Source of the DNA: Oligoflexia bacterium
Lineage (GTDB): Bacteria; Bdellovibrionota; UBA1018
Direction of reading: 5' to 3'
Assembly: GCA_903895855.1 (NCBI GenBank)
Contig: CAITVN010000089.1
Location: forward strand, 12,757 to 76,756
DNA: 64,000 bases
Shown here: positions 28,071 to 39,987 of the stretch, piece after piece
Position numbering within the stretch: position 1 is the stretch's first letter
How the letters are laid out: every line of letters begins with the position of its first letter
Made by a program: the position numbers and the translations under genes
The notes under the pieces: generated by a model
What the model was told of the DNA's origin: nothing
Seen by the model: the letters and a program-made list of their open reading frames with translations, nothing else
The model's database searches: none

Positions 28071-28909
28071 CAGCGTTGGCAAAGCGGGTCAATGAGTTTG
28101 CCTTGGTCAAAGCCTCTACGAATCGCGACGGCTTTCTCGCTTTGAAGAATTGAGACGAGTGACGACTCTTTGAGATTGCCGAGCCGAATATCGCCTTCTT
28201 TGTCTAAGCAACAAGGTACTACGGTTGCATCAACTAAAACGCCGATGTGTGTTTTCAGGCCGTAACAAGTGCCTTTTGCTCCTAAAACCTCGGCCCCTAG
28301 GCTTGGCCAGGTGAATTCACTGTCGAAGTGTAGAAAAAGGCGCCCCTTGATTTTGAAACTTTTTTTCTTCTTAACGTCAATTTGAGTGGGATGATCGATG
28401 CCGTAATAACTGCAGACACGGCTGAGCAGGTCTGCGTTTTCGCGAGAGGTCGAATTGACGGTGTTTAAATTCCAGAGGCGAAAGTTAATGAAAAGCTCAG
28501 GCCGTTTAGTTTGGGCGTACTCGACGAAGTCAAAAATTCGATTAAGGTAGGTGCTCGGATCGGTATCCGGGTAATTGTCGAAAAAACTGTGCAGAGAAAA
28601 ACTCACTTGCCTGAACACCGGGCTCGTTAACCACTCGTGGTGTCTAGGTCGCAGTAAGGTGCCATTGCTCACAAAGAATACCGCGACCGATTCGCGTTCA
28701 CAGATTTCAATCAAGGCTTCGAGCTTTGGGTGAGCGAGGGGTTCGCCCATGAGGTGAAAGCACACTTCTTTTGTCAGCGGTTTGACTTCGTTAATGACGT
28801 GGCGAAAAAGATCGACACTCATGAAGCCTTTCTCTCGCTTCACTTCGGGGCAGAAACTGCACTTGAGGTTGCAGATGTTTGATACTTCAATATTGATTTT
28901 ACTAAACAC
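28004..28909 (-). CDS. Radical SAM / SPASM-twitch domain enzyme
   Basis: CNLKCSFCPE (CxxxCxxC) at residues 13-22 and C-terminal auxiliary-cluster cysteines (CCLD..., CQRCQY). The 3' end overlaps the convergent upstream gene by 67 nt. Confidence 0.75.
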   Translation of the reverse strand: MFSKINIEVSNICNLKCSFCPEVKREKGFMSVDLFRHVINEVKPLTKEVCFHLMGEPLAHPKLEALIEICERESVAVFFVSNGTLLRPRHHEWLTSPVFRQVSFSLHSFFDNYPDTDPSTYLNRIFDFVEYAQTKRPELFINFRLWNLNTVNSTSRENADLLSRVCSYYGIDHPTQIDVKKKKSFKIKGRLFLHFDSEFTWPSLGAEVLGAKGTCYGLKTHIGVLVDATVVPCCLDKEGDIRLGNLKESSLVSILQSEKAVAIRRGFDQGKLIDPLCQRCQYITRFRAKAEPTQAPCETQA

Positions 28910-28958
28910 GTCGATTCAATCCCTTTCAAAAGGGCAATAGTGAGTTTTCACTCAAAGT

Positions 28959-29717
28959 TCAAGGTAAAGATCTTCGCTGTCGAGTGTCGTCATTGATGAC
29001 AGCATCGGCCAGTTCGGTGTCATCAAAGTCATCCCCTGAACTCGAAACGCTCAATTCGTCTTCGATCCATTCAACTTTCGTTTCGTAGCGATCTGCTTGG
29101 CGAATGCTCTTATACTTTGAAGTAAAGATGAGCCCACCTGAAACCAAGCCTAAAACGAAACCGACGGCGTGCGCTAAGTAACTCACATTTGGCTCGAAAT
29201 GAGTCGGAATCATCATTGCCAAGAAAAAGCCAAGACTCGCGATGAGTCTTCGTCCCACAGACAATCGGCGTTCTGTGCCGATAAAGAGCGCGATCCAAGT
29301 GCCTGTCAGCCAATAAACCACGCCTGAGATACCAATGAGTGTGGTCTGGTTATGATAAAAAGCCAGAGTGATCAGCTGAATCACCGGCGCCATTGCAAAA
29401 CTGAGAATCGGAAACACCAATTTTCCGAAGTAGTTCGAAAGTAAGAATCCAAAAATTGAGAAGAAAATCAAATTTGAGCCTAAGTGATGAAGATCGGCGT
29501 GTGCTAACGGCGCTAGAAAGAGGCCGACCCATTGGTGTTTTTTGAAGACCGATTCGTAGCTCGATTCAAATAGCTTGAATGAGTCGCCGGGCAAATTCCA
29601 ATAAAGAAAACTGGCGAGGCAGAGTAGCCCAATCGATAAGACCGTTGCGCCCAGTTTAGCTTGGCTAGGTTTTCGAGAAAGTAGGGTTGATTTGAGACGA
29701 GCGGTTTCGATGAACAT
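28959..29717 (-). CDS. Rhomboid family intramembrane serine protease with an acidic cytoplasmic C-terminal tail
   Basis: GISGVVY (GxSG) and AHAVG (catalytic His) in TM segments. Six TM segments are predicted by eye. Confidence 0.7.
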   Translation of the reverse strand: MFIETARLKSTLLSRKPSQAKLGATVLSIGLLCLASFLYWNLPGDSFKLFESSYESVFKKHQWVGLFLAPLAHADLHHLGSNLIFFSIFGFLLSNYFGKLVFPILSFAMAPVIQLITLAFYHNQTTLIGISGVVYWLTGTWIALFIGTERRLSVGRRLIASLGFFLAMMIPTHFEPNVSYLAHAVGFVLGLVSGGLIFTSKYKSIRQADRYETKVEWIEDELSVSSSGDDFDDTELADAVINDDTRQRRSLP

Positions 29718-30077
29718 GAGCTAAAGGTGGTCACTAGTCGCGGGGTGTCAACTGGGTTGGGAGCTTTTTGGTGCTCTGCGTGCCTCAGTGTGATGAGCCG
29801 TATTTGTGGCGTTACTGATTGTAGGTGGATTTTTTCTTTTGAAAACAAGTGATTAGATGTACTCCGGAAATAGGCGATAGCCGAGCAAAGCGCCATCAGA
29901 CGCTAGTTGACCGCGCGCGAGATCGCCCAAGGCCAAGCCGCATTCCTGTTCGCGAAATTCTTGCACGTGGCTATCGTATCCTAGAGTTCAGCGAAGACGG
30001 CTTCATCTTTGTCGGCACGTAGTCGGTACTTAGCGGCCAATTGGGGTAGTTGGGTTTTTCTAGAAAGGTCTAAAGTC

Positions 30078-30563
30078 ATGACGATCGAAGTTGCATTTTT
30101 TCTACCCGACGAATCTGATGCGATTCGCATTCATGAAACCTACCGTGAAGACGGCGAGCCTGATTCACCACTGAGACCGTTTACTGAGCTCAGCGAGATC
30201 GAGAAATGCGCCGTGATAAAAAATCACTCAAAAAAGTTTCAAGTCGCCAGCGTGAATCGAGTAAAAGTTGGTTGGGTGAGTTTTTCAGAAAAATCAGGCG
30301 GCGCAGAAATCAATGTTGGCTTTGGACTATTCAAAGAGTATCGGGGTCGTGCGATGGGGCAGATCATGCTAGGTCACGCAGTGAAAATCGCGGGAATTCA
30401 GTATCCAAAAGGCGAGCTGATTGCACGCACTCGAGTAGAAAACACCGCGGCAGTGAAGACGCTAGGGCGGGCGGGGTTTACTCAAGAAGGTTTCGAAGAG
30501 TTTCCGCCAATCGCAAAGTGGCCCAATCCCATTGTCTATTCAAGACATCGCTTCAAGAGATAG
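30078..30563 (+). CDS. GNAT family N-acetyltransferase
   Basis: Motif A-like YRGRAMGQIMLGHAV. The start is taken at MTIEV (the ORF table starts 23 codons earlier). Confidence 0.55.
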   Translation: MTIEVAFFLPDESDAIRIHETYREDGEPDSPLRPFTELSEIEKCAVIKNHSKKFQVASVNRVKVGWVSFSEKSGGAEINVGFGLFKEYRGRAMGQIMLGHAVKIAGIQYPKGELIARTRVENTAAVKTLGRAGFTQEGFEEFPPIAKWPNPIVYSRHRFKR

Positions 30564-30664
30564 TCAGAATCGCTTACAAGAGTTAGCAACGTGTGCCCCC
30601 GAAGACACTTCGGCCAAGACTCTAATTGACCTGCCGGTTGAATTCTGATTAGCCTCTAAGCCTA

Positions 30665-31420
30665 ATGTCATACACTGTTGAGCCGATTGGAGTACTTCAC
30701 ACCTGTTTTACCGATAAATTCGGGATTCCGCGGCAGCCGGGGCTTGTCACCAAAGCCGAAGGAATCATTCGGCTAAACAACGACTATAAATTGCGCCGAG
30801 CCCTTCATCGGCTAGAAGAGTTTTCGCACCTTTGGGTTTTATTTTGGTTTCACGCGAATCATTCGAAGGGTTGGAAATCAGCAGTTCGCCCACCGAGACT
30901 CGGCGGCAAGTCTAGAGTGGGGGTTCTCGCCACGCGCTCACCGCATCGACCGAATCCGATCGGTCTTAGTGTCGTTCAGATTTTAAAAATTGATACCGAA
31001 GCGAAGGCGGGCCCAGAAATTTGGGTGTCAGGAGTCGATGTGTTAGATCAAACTCCGGTAATCGATATTAAGCCGTACATCGCCTACGCCGATAGTCATC
31101 CGGGGGCCAGCCAAGGCTGGGCCGATTCTTCACGAGCGCAAACAGCGGTACGCTTTGATCCCTCAGTTATTGAGTCTATTGAGAAGCTAGAAGACTCACT
31201 TGAAACGCAAGGTTTGAAAGAGCTGATAGAAGAAGTGGTTTCGCAAGACCCTAGGCCCGCATCGCAAAAAGCCAAATACCCGATTGACGATGCTCGTGGG
31301 TTTAACCGCGAATTCTTGGTTGAAATTGGTGGCGCCGACATTCGCTGGCAGATCACTGAAACGGGTTTTGTCGTCACCCACGTGGGTGAAAAACGAACTC
31401 GCAAAACTGAGAGGGGTTAA
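30665..31420 (+). CDS. trmO: tRNA (t6A37) methyltransferase TrmO/TsaA (YaeB) family, paralogue 1, with a C-terminal extension
   Basis: GIPRQPGLV, FSHLWVLFWFH and SRSPHRPNPIGLSVV are hallmark TsaA motifs. Confidence 0.85.
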   Translation: MSYTVEPIGVLHTCFTDKFGIPRQPGLVTKAEGIIRLNNDYKLRRALHRLEEFSHLWVLFWFHANHSKGWKSAVRPPRLGGKSRVGVLATRSPHRPNPIGLSVVQILKIDTEAKAGPEIWVSGVDVLDQTPVIDIKPYIAYADSHPGASQGWADSSRAQTAVRFDPSVIESIEKLEDSLETQGLKELIEEVVSQDPRPASQKAKYPIDDARGFNREFLVEIGGADIRWQITETGFVVTHVGEKRTRKTERG

Positions 31421-31654
31421 AGGTAAGTTTAGGCCAGCCTCGCCTAACTTGACTGAGTTTACACTCGCCCGCCTGGTGGCGGCGCCGACCGATCTTAGAG
31501 ATTCGAAATCGCAGGGTATTTCGAATTGCCAAAGAAAAAGAATCGAAGCCTTTTCCCGCGCGCTCTTTACTGTTTTTTGCATGGGGTGAAATTGAGTAAA
31601 TTACACTAGAATTGGCAAAGGCAATAGTTTATTACACTTAGATAGTTTAACCTA

Positions 31655-32257
31655 TTGAAGTCTGCACCCAGGAGTCACATCATGTTGAGTTTGTCTCGCC
31701 TTTTTCTTTTCAGTCTTTTATTGAATTTTTCGAGTGCTTTCGCTGGTGACAAGGTAATCTACGAAGTGCTTCCCTTAGACATGACTGCTCGAGAGGAGGT
31801 TTCTTTACAAGTTGGCCGCTTAACGATCAATGAGACTTCGACGTCGAAAAAACAACTCCGAGTACGCATGGCTTTGCCTCAGCTTTCTGATCTCAAAGTG
31901 GTTTATTTAGAGGGCACCACTCCTACTGGCCACGGAGCCGAAAAATTGACTTGGAAACGCGAAATTCCTTGGTCAAAAAAATCTGGAGTCGCAATGGTGG
32001 GCTGTCAGGGCAACGTTCAATGGGTCAAAAACGAAATGGTTAAGGGTGAAAGTGTCGGCATCTTTGATTTTTGTTTTGAAGTCAATGGCCAGAATAGTCA
32101 CCTAAATAGCGAAATGATCAACGAGCACACTCAGTTTCAAGTAAACGTCTTATATTATGGAAGCTCAAACGAGGCTCCTACCAACGAAACTAAGGTTGGC
32201 GAAGAGACCGTTACCCACAAGGCAACCTCTGGACTTTGGCAGGCTTGGCTAAATTAG
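31655..32257 (+). CDS. Secreted hypothetical protein
   Basis: Signal peptide (LFLFSLLLNFSSAFA). No recognisable domain. Confidence 0.4.
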   Translation: MKSAPRSHIMLSLSRLFLFSLLLNFSSAFAGDKVIYEVLPLDMTAREEVSLQVGRLTINETSTSKKQLRVRMALPQLSDLKVVYLEGTTPTGHGAEKLTWKREIPWSKKSGVAMVGCQGNVQWVKNEMVKGESVGIFDFCFEVNGQNSHLNSEMINEHTQFQVNVLYYGSSNEAPTNETKVGEETVTHKATSGLWQAWLN

Positions 32258-33105
32258 AGATCTTTCAGCGCTGCGTTTTCAAGAAGAACCGGAAAATGGT
32301 ATCCTGATCCTAGGTCTTGATCGACGGCTAGTTTGCCTGAAGCGTTGATCTTGGCACCAATTTTTGTGGTCTGCAGCGAAGTGATGGTGAGGTCTTTTTC
32401 AGACCCAGAGGCATCTTGAAGGTGAATCCAAGTTTTGCCCATCACGCCTTCAGTTACTTTTGTCACGACGCCATTGATGCTGATCACAGTGCCTTTGAGC
32501 TTGTCTTTCTTTTGATAGATAGTAGCTACGTCAACTGCACCAGAACCTGAGGCCTTCTTTACTGATTTCAGTGCGGCAGCATCGACAGGCTTTGGAGGCT
32601 CTTGATTGGCATTACCCATGTGAGCAGGTGCGGCTGCAGTGCCTGCGCCTGATTTCGCACCGGCAGGAGCTGGGGCACCGTCTACAGCAGCCCCTGGAGT
32701 TTTCAGTTGTCCAAATAAAATCGAATCAAAGGTTTTTTTCAAAGTCTTACTTTGAAAACCTTTCATCTCGATCGATGTGACAAAATCAACCGAGTCGCCC
32801 ACCTTAAGGTTGGCTTCAGTGATGGCAACCCAGACGGTTTTCTTGTCGGCGGTTTCAAGTTTTAAATAAGAGTACCCGCCGCTGTTGGTAGTCTCGAGAA
32901 TTTTACCAGTAAAATTTGCACCAGGCTGTGAGCCATTTTGAGCTGCGTCAGGTGACTGAGTTGTCTTCTGTGTATCGCCCATTGGGTTAGCGTCTTTGAG
33001 CTTATCGCTACAGCCGGCAATTAAGCTGACACCCAAACTGGCAGCAATGATGAGAGAGGCGAAAGTGAATACAGAGCTAAGAGAATTTAATGAGTTTGTT
33101 TTCAT
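32254..33105 (-). CDS. Lipoprotein with two OB-fold-like (YgiW/BOF-like) repeats
   Basis: Lipobox LIAGCS and an internal duplication of a ~90-aa unit, separated by an Ala/Gly/Pro linker. Confidence 0.45.
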   Translation of the reverse strand: MKTNSLNSLSSVFTFASLIIAASLGVSLIAGCSDKLKDANPMGDTQKTTQSPDAAQNGSQPGANFTGKILETTNSGGYSYLKLETADKKTVWVAITEANLKVGDSVDFVTSIEMKGFQSKTLKKTFDSILFGQLKTPGAAVDGAPAPAGAKSGAGTAAAPAHMGNANQEPPKPVDAAALKSVKKASGSGAVDVATIYQKKDKLKGTVISINGVVTKVTEGVMGKTWIHLQDASGSEKDLTITSLQTTKIGAKINASGKLAVDQDLGSGYHFPVLLENAALKDL

Positions 33106-33160
33106 GCAGGTCTTTTCTCATGGCTTTTTTCGTTTGGTCAACGCTTTTTACATCGAATGA

Positions 33161-33856
33161 TTACGAAACCGATGAATGTCGGCGGCGTAAACTGTGAGAT
33201 GCTCGCACGAAATTACCCATCCAAGAGATCAAGATGGCAGCGAGTACCGCCGCTACCCACCAAGAGCTGACAAAAGTGAGAGACAAATGAACATGGCTTG
33301 AACGAATAGAGTCAATTTTTCCCAATAGCATGAGAAGGCCGATTGAAACTGCGCTCAATGCCGGATAGATCCAAAAACCTTTGCCTAAACAAACCCGACG
33401 TTCTTCAGGTGAGGTGGTGAGTAGAGAAAGTAAGGCAGTTGCCCCCAGATAAAGCGATCCACAAGCAATTCCACATGCCCAATCACCAAATTGCATGAAA
33501 AATGAAATCCATTGGTCGCCGGCGTGAAAGGGGTTCGCGCCAAACTGTGGGCAGATAAGAAGAGTGATCAAACTTGAGGCCGCGTGGGTAAATGTGAGTT
33601 TTCTTAGCGTCGTTACCGCAGACGGTGAAAGTTTTGCGTGAATCTGAGTTCGCACGGATTCTTTTAATAGGTACGGAACTTGTACAAAGTCGTTGGGGGG
33701 CTCGCTCCTTGAATCACTTGATCGATAACTTGATGATTCACCTAAAGGGGCTCCTTTCATAAAAATTTTGAGTTCGGCCTTAAAATTAGGGTGAAAACTA
33801 GGGAGACTATTAGAGTGGAACTCAGGCAGTGTTGGTTTGCGATCATTTTTTTTCAT
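33161..33856 (-). CDS. Membrane anti-sigma factor (NrsF/DUF1109-like)
   Basis: 4-nt overlap with the upstream ECF sigma gene. Multi-TM protein of about 230 aa. Confidence 0.5.
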   Translation of the reverse strand: MKKNDRKPTLPEFHSNSLPSFHPNFKAELKIFMKGAPLGESSSYRSSDSRSEPPNDFVQVPYLLKESVRTQIHAKLSPSAVTTLRKLTFTHAASSLITLLICPQFGANPFHAGDQWISFFMQFGDWACGIACGSLYLGATALLSLLTTSPEERRVCLGKGFWIYPALSAVSIGLLMLLGKIDSIRSSHVHLSLTFVSSWWVAAVLAAILISWMGNFVRASHSLRRRHSSVS

Positions 33857-34500
33857 ATCGCTTTCTCCTTGTTGTGAGCTAAAAGTTTCGAGCGCATGAA
33901 TTTCAGAGCTCGCGAGAGTCGTTTTCTGACAGTCGATTCAGATAAGTTGAGTTTTGACGCGATCTCATCGTATTCAAGGTCATTCTTAAACCTCATTTCA
34001 ATGAGCGCGCTATCTGCAGAATCTAAGTGCTGAGTGAGATTGAGGTACCCAGTTTTGCTTTCGATCGATTCACTTAAAACAGTTTCTGCGTTTTCGTGAG
34101 AACTGTATTCTCGCGCGAGAGGTGTCGAACTTGAAGGTCTAAGGCCCAGCAAAATAGCCTGCCCATCAGATCGGTAGTGATCAATGAGGGTATTCTTGCA
34201 GATGGTAAAGACCCAAGGCGCTAATTTCTGGTTAGAATCAAAGTAGCCGCGAGCCTGGTGAAGTTTCATAAAGACCGCCTGAAACAATTCATCAACCGTT
34301 TCTCGGGTTTTGATTCGACGAAAGAGGTAGGTGTAAACCCGTGCATGGTAGCGTTCGTAGATGGCGTCAAAAGCCCGCGTATCACCATTTCGGTAAGCCT
34401 CCATGAGTTGGGATTCGTTCACTTCGTCGATGACATCGCCAGGACTTGGTTGATCAGGGGTAGTTCTTGGTAACTGACTCATGTTGTTTTTTGCTTTCAC
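33853..34500 (-). CDS. ECF-family RNA polymerase sigma-70 factor
   Basis: Region 2 (…FMKLHQARGYFD…) and region 4 HTH (LEYDEIASKLNLSESTVRKRLSRAL). Confidence 0.85.
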   Translation of the reverse strand: MKAKNNMSQLPRTTPDQPSPGDVIDEVNESQLMEAYRNGDTRAFDAIYERYHARVYTYLFRRIKTRETVDELFQAVFMKLHQARGYFDSNQKLAPWVFTICKNTLIDHYRSDGQAILLGLRPSSSTPLAREYSSHENAETVLSESIESKTGYLNLTQHLDSADSALIEMRFKNDLEYDEIASKLNLSESTVRKRLSRALKFMRSKLLAHNKEKAI

Positions 34501-34654
34501 CTAGTCGTCTCAATATCCTTGTGATTCATTACGATGACAAAATAAAACTGTGACCAAATGACTCTTTTTTGGGCGTTAAGATTGCTTAAGAGTTTAACCA
34601 TAAAGTCGAAGTGTCAGCGAGTCGGGTCGTTTCGCGCCGCCAGCGCCCTTATAA

Positions 34655-35614
34655 ATGGGTGTATTCGGTGACCCAGTGGGCGCCTTGAAATCTGAGCGGC
34701 ATTCTTACTTTATGGGGTATCCATTTATGCTCAGTTGCCTAAAGATTAACCTGATGATTGGCCTGACTACGCTGTTGCAGTCGAGCGCGAGTGCTCTTGA
34801 GGCCGAGCTGTATTTTGGACCTCCCAGGGCTACCCAGGGCGGGGTTTCGATTCGCTCACCTCAGGTTCCAGAGCAAGAGGCTGCGCCCGGTGACGATGAT
34901 TCTAGTCGTGTACCACCGATTGCGTCTAAGTCATTTATTGCGCCGTTTATTGCCCAAGACGAGTTCGATTGGCCCGGCGATAGCATCAGTTCTTTGCAGG
35001 CGTCAGACATCAAGAAAAATTACCTAGAAGGAGTTGTTAAAATTCGCGGTAGCAATTGGGCGGGGACTGGCACTTTTGTGTCACCCGATGGGCATGTGTT
35101 GACTAATGAGCATGTGATCGCCCCTTACAAGTCAGACACAAGCCGAGGACTCAAGTTTATTTTGGCGAGTGGTGAAGTGGTAGAAAAATTTGAAGTGATC
35201 GTTTGTGATGGCCCAAAAGAGCGAGACCTGTGTTTACTGAAAATCGATTATCGCCCTAATGTGTGGTTTAAGCTGAGACTGGGGCGGCCTGATCGCGCCG
35301 AACAATTGTTTGCGTTTGGAAATCCGAAAAAAGGCGATTGGGATCTCAAAGCCGGCAAGTTTATCGCCTTGAGTGAAACGCCTTCTCAACACCACAAACG
35401 TTGGTTGATTTCAGTGCCATTGCTGCACGGCTACAGTGGAGGTCCGGTATTCACGGCCGATGGCAAGTTAGTGTGCCTATCGACCGAAGTGGGGTTGCCT
35501 GTTCATCAAGTCACCTCGAGTGGAATTGTGATGCGTGGAGCGCCTTCGTTTTATTGTGTGGGCTCTGACTTGATTGCCGAAGTGCTGGGCGATCGTCGAG
35601 TGGCTTCGCGGTAA
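34655..35614 (+). CDS. Secreted trypsin-like serine protease (S1 family, no PDZ domain)
   Basis: Catalytic His (TNEHV), Asp and GYSGGPV serine motif. Signal peptide. The start is possibly at a downstream Met. Confidence 0.7.
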   Translation: MGVFGDPVGALKSERHSYFMGYPFMLSCLKINLMIGLTTLLQSSASALEAELYFGPPRATQGGVSIRSPQVPEQEAAPGDDDSSRVPPIASKSFIAPFIAQDEFDWPGDSISSLQASDIKKNYLEGVVKIRGSNWAGTGTFVSPDGHVLTNEHVIAPYKSDTSRGLKFILASGEVVEKFEVIVCDGPKERDLCLLKIDYRPNVWFKLRLGRPDRAEQLFAFGNPKKGDWDLKAGKFIALSETPSQHHKRWLISVPLLHGYSGGPVFTADGKLVCLSTEVGLPVHQVTSSGIVMRGAPSFYCVGSDLIAEVLGDRRVASR

Positions 35615-35636
35615 GGAATTCAATAACGCACCCCCT

Positions 35637-37724
<2,088 letters not shown>

Positions 37725-37761
37725 CTATGGTTACTCAATTGGGCCGCGTTGATTAACTGAG

Positions 37762-38199
37762 GTGAAAATGAGTCAAGAATTCTTAAATGCCTGGCATTCG
37801 ACCATCGAAAAGAAAGATCTGAAACTCATGGATCCCTGGGTCACTGATGAGGTCACCTTGATTTCTCCGGCTTTATTCAAACCAAAGGTTGGCCGACAAG
37901 AAGTCACTGCTGTGTTGAAAGATGTCTTGGCGTCGTTAGAAAATTATACCATTTCGAAGACCTGGATTGATGGAAACGAAATTCTCATTGAGTTCGATGC
38001 CAACGTCGGCAATCGCAAGCTTCAGGGAATTGACAAAATTACTTTAAATGCTGACGGAAAAATGACTCAACTTAAAGTATTTATCAGACCGTATCACGGG
38101 CTTGAGGCTTTGATCAATTCAGTGGTGAAAATGCAGATTGGCAGAATACCTGGAGTTCGCGGGGCACTTGCAAAACTTTCGTATTGGATTCGGTCGTAG
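37762..38199 (+). CDS. SnoaL/NTF2-like small protein
   Basis: 145 aa. A weak call based on fold-type sequence features. Confidence 0.4.
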   Translation: MKMSQEFLNAWHSTIEKKDLKLMDPWVTDEVTLISPALFKPKVGRQEVTAVLKDVLASLENYTISKTWIDGNEILIEFDANVGNRKLQGIDKITLNADGKMTQLKVFIRPYHGLEALINSVVKMQIGRIPGVRGALAKLSYWIRS

Positions 38200-38298
38200 T
38201 TCAGTAGTTCGAAAAGCTACTATTGAATAGGCCTGTGTTGAGAGTTGCATTTAAAATGAGATGAGTTTAGGTATCTAAATTCTACGGAGAATCATTTT

Positions 38299-38667
38299 GT
38301 GACCCCAAAGGCCCGTGCGAGTAAAGTACCCAATGCAATCAGTCAGTTCAGTGAGGCAAATGACGCGTCAACGAGAGCGCATCTAGAAGCTCTCATCATG
38401 TACTTAGAAGATGAGTTTCGAGGTGTGTCTGGAGTTCGCCTACGAAAAGTTCAGCCGGCAAGTTTAACCCGTAGCCCTGACCTTGAGCAAGACTATGACC
38501 CCATGAGTAGTAATTTGCACGTGCGTCGCGGAGTGAGCGTGAACGTCAGAGGGCGCGAGTTCTTTTTTTCAACAGAGATGGCCGCAGGCCCACGGTCGCA
38601 CGTTGAATCTCAAGTGGTTGAAATGCGAGCTTACTTAGAAATGCAAGGCGACGATCGGCAGGGGTAA
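38299..38667 (+). CDS. Hypothetical protein
   Basis: 122-aa ORF, possible GTG start, no motif recognised. Confidence 0.3.
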   Translation: MTPKARASKVPNAISQFSEANDASTRAHLEALIMYLEDEFRGVSGVRLRKVQPASLTRSPDLEQDYDPMSSNLHVRRGVSVNVRGREFFFSTEMAAGPRSHVESQVVEMRAYLEMQGDDRQG

Positions 38668-38682
38668 GGGCCAAATCAGAAT

Positions 38683-39942
38683 CTATTTAATGAGCGACAA
38701 TCGTCGCCATAAGAACGCGATCAGCGAGCAAGAGGCGATCGCCATCACTAGGCAAACCGTGATCGGAATGTTGGCCGAGTTTGCATACACAAATAGCGGA
38801 AACGCGATGGTGGCGCCGACCAATTTTCCGGATTGCTGAAAGAGTTGACCAAAACCAAAGGCGGTGCCTTGTTTTGTTTTCGTTGGGCTGAGTTCAAGCT
38901 GAACATAGCTCGCAATAGATTGAAAAAAGAGTTCACCGAAAGTCATGATTGCTATAGCGACGTAAGCTTTAGAAATGGTCATCGAACCGTTGAGGGTGAA
39001 ACTGAGACCCACGACAACTAGAAAAAACCCAATACTGATGGCCCACTTTGGACTCGATAAGTATTTTGAAAAAGGAACACTCAGTAAAGCGCAAAAAACC
39101 GTATTAATCAGCATGATTTTTGAAAAGAGGGCAAGGCCATCGGCGCCATAGAGTAGGCGAAGTTTTGCGGCAATGAAGACGTCAAAGACGCCACCCGAAA
39201 AGGCATAAATGAATAAAAGAGTGGTGAACGCGAAGTAGGGTGCCCAAAGTGATTTTGGCTTTTGTGGTAGCTCGTCGCCTTTGATTGGGTCGTTCGAAGT
39301 CTCGGGGGTTGACGTAACCGGTGGTCGCTTCGATTTCACCCCAATGAGAGGTAGCAATCGGTAGCTTAAAATCAGGGCAATCAAGGTAGTGGTGGCATCG
39401 AAAATAAAGAATAGCGAGAGGCCGAATCCAACGAAAAGTGAGGTGAGTGACCACGAAAGAAGGTAAGATCCTACTTGCCCTAAGTTATTAGTTGAGCGCA
39501 ACCACGCGAGTGCTTGTTTTTGAAATGTTGCCGGAACCACCTCTGAAATCAGTAAGCGAGAAGGTGTCGCGTAAATGGCATTGCCGACATTCGCAATTAG
39601 GGCAAATAGAGCAACCATCGCAGCGGTCAAAAGCAAGGGCGCTGAAACAAGTAGCGACGAAAAGCGAGTAGCAAACGGTAATCCTAAAAGCCCAACCGCC
39701 GATAGCGCCAGGCAAACACGCAGTGTTTTCGTTAATCCAATACGGTCGCAAAGTATGCCACCCGCCAGAGCGCCCATGAGTGCCCCTATTTTTGAAATCC
39801 CCATGATAGTCGCTGAGGCTGAGGCGTTGAACTTGAGGTCAACGAGAAGCACCGGAATGAGCGTGATTCCGATGCCGCCAATTTTATGCACTAAAGAAGT
39901 GAAAAGTACGGGAGCGAGTGCCCGTCGAATTTGTGGTGACAC
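38683..39942 (-). CDS. MFS transporter
   Basis: Twelve TM segments are predicted by eye. Size and loop pattern are typical of MFS. Confidence 0.7.
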   Translation of the reverse strand: MSPQIRRALAPVLFTSLVHKIGGIGITLIPVLLVDLKFNASASATIMGISKIGALMGALAGGILCDRIGLTKTLRVCLALSAVGLLGLPFATRFSSLLVSAPLLLTAAMVALFALIANVGNAIYATPSRLLISEVVPATFQKQALAWLRSTNNLGQVGSYLLSWSLTSLFVGFGLSLFFIFDATTTLIALILSYRLLPLIGVKSKRPPVTSTPETSNDPIKGDELPQKPKSLWAPYFAFTTLLFIYAFSGGVFDVFIAAKLRLLYGADGLALFSKIMLINTVFCALLSVPFSKYLSSPKWAISIGFFLVVVGLSFTLNGSMTISKAYVAIAIMTFGELFFQSIASYVQLELSPTKTKQGTAFGFGQLFQQSGKLVGATIAFPLFVYANSANIPITVCLVMAIASCSLIAFLWRRLSLIK

Positions 39943-39987
39943 TGAGAAACTTTATCAGTAAACTCGATTCCAGGAGAACAAGATAAG

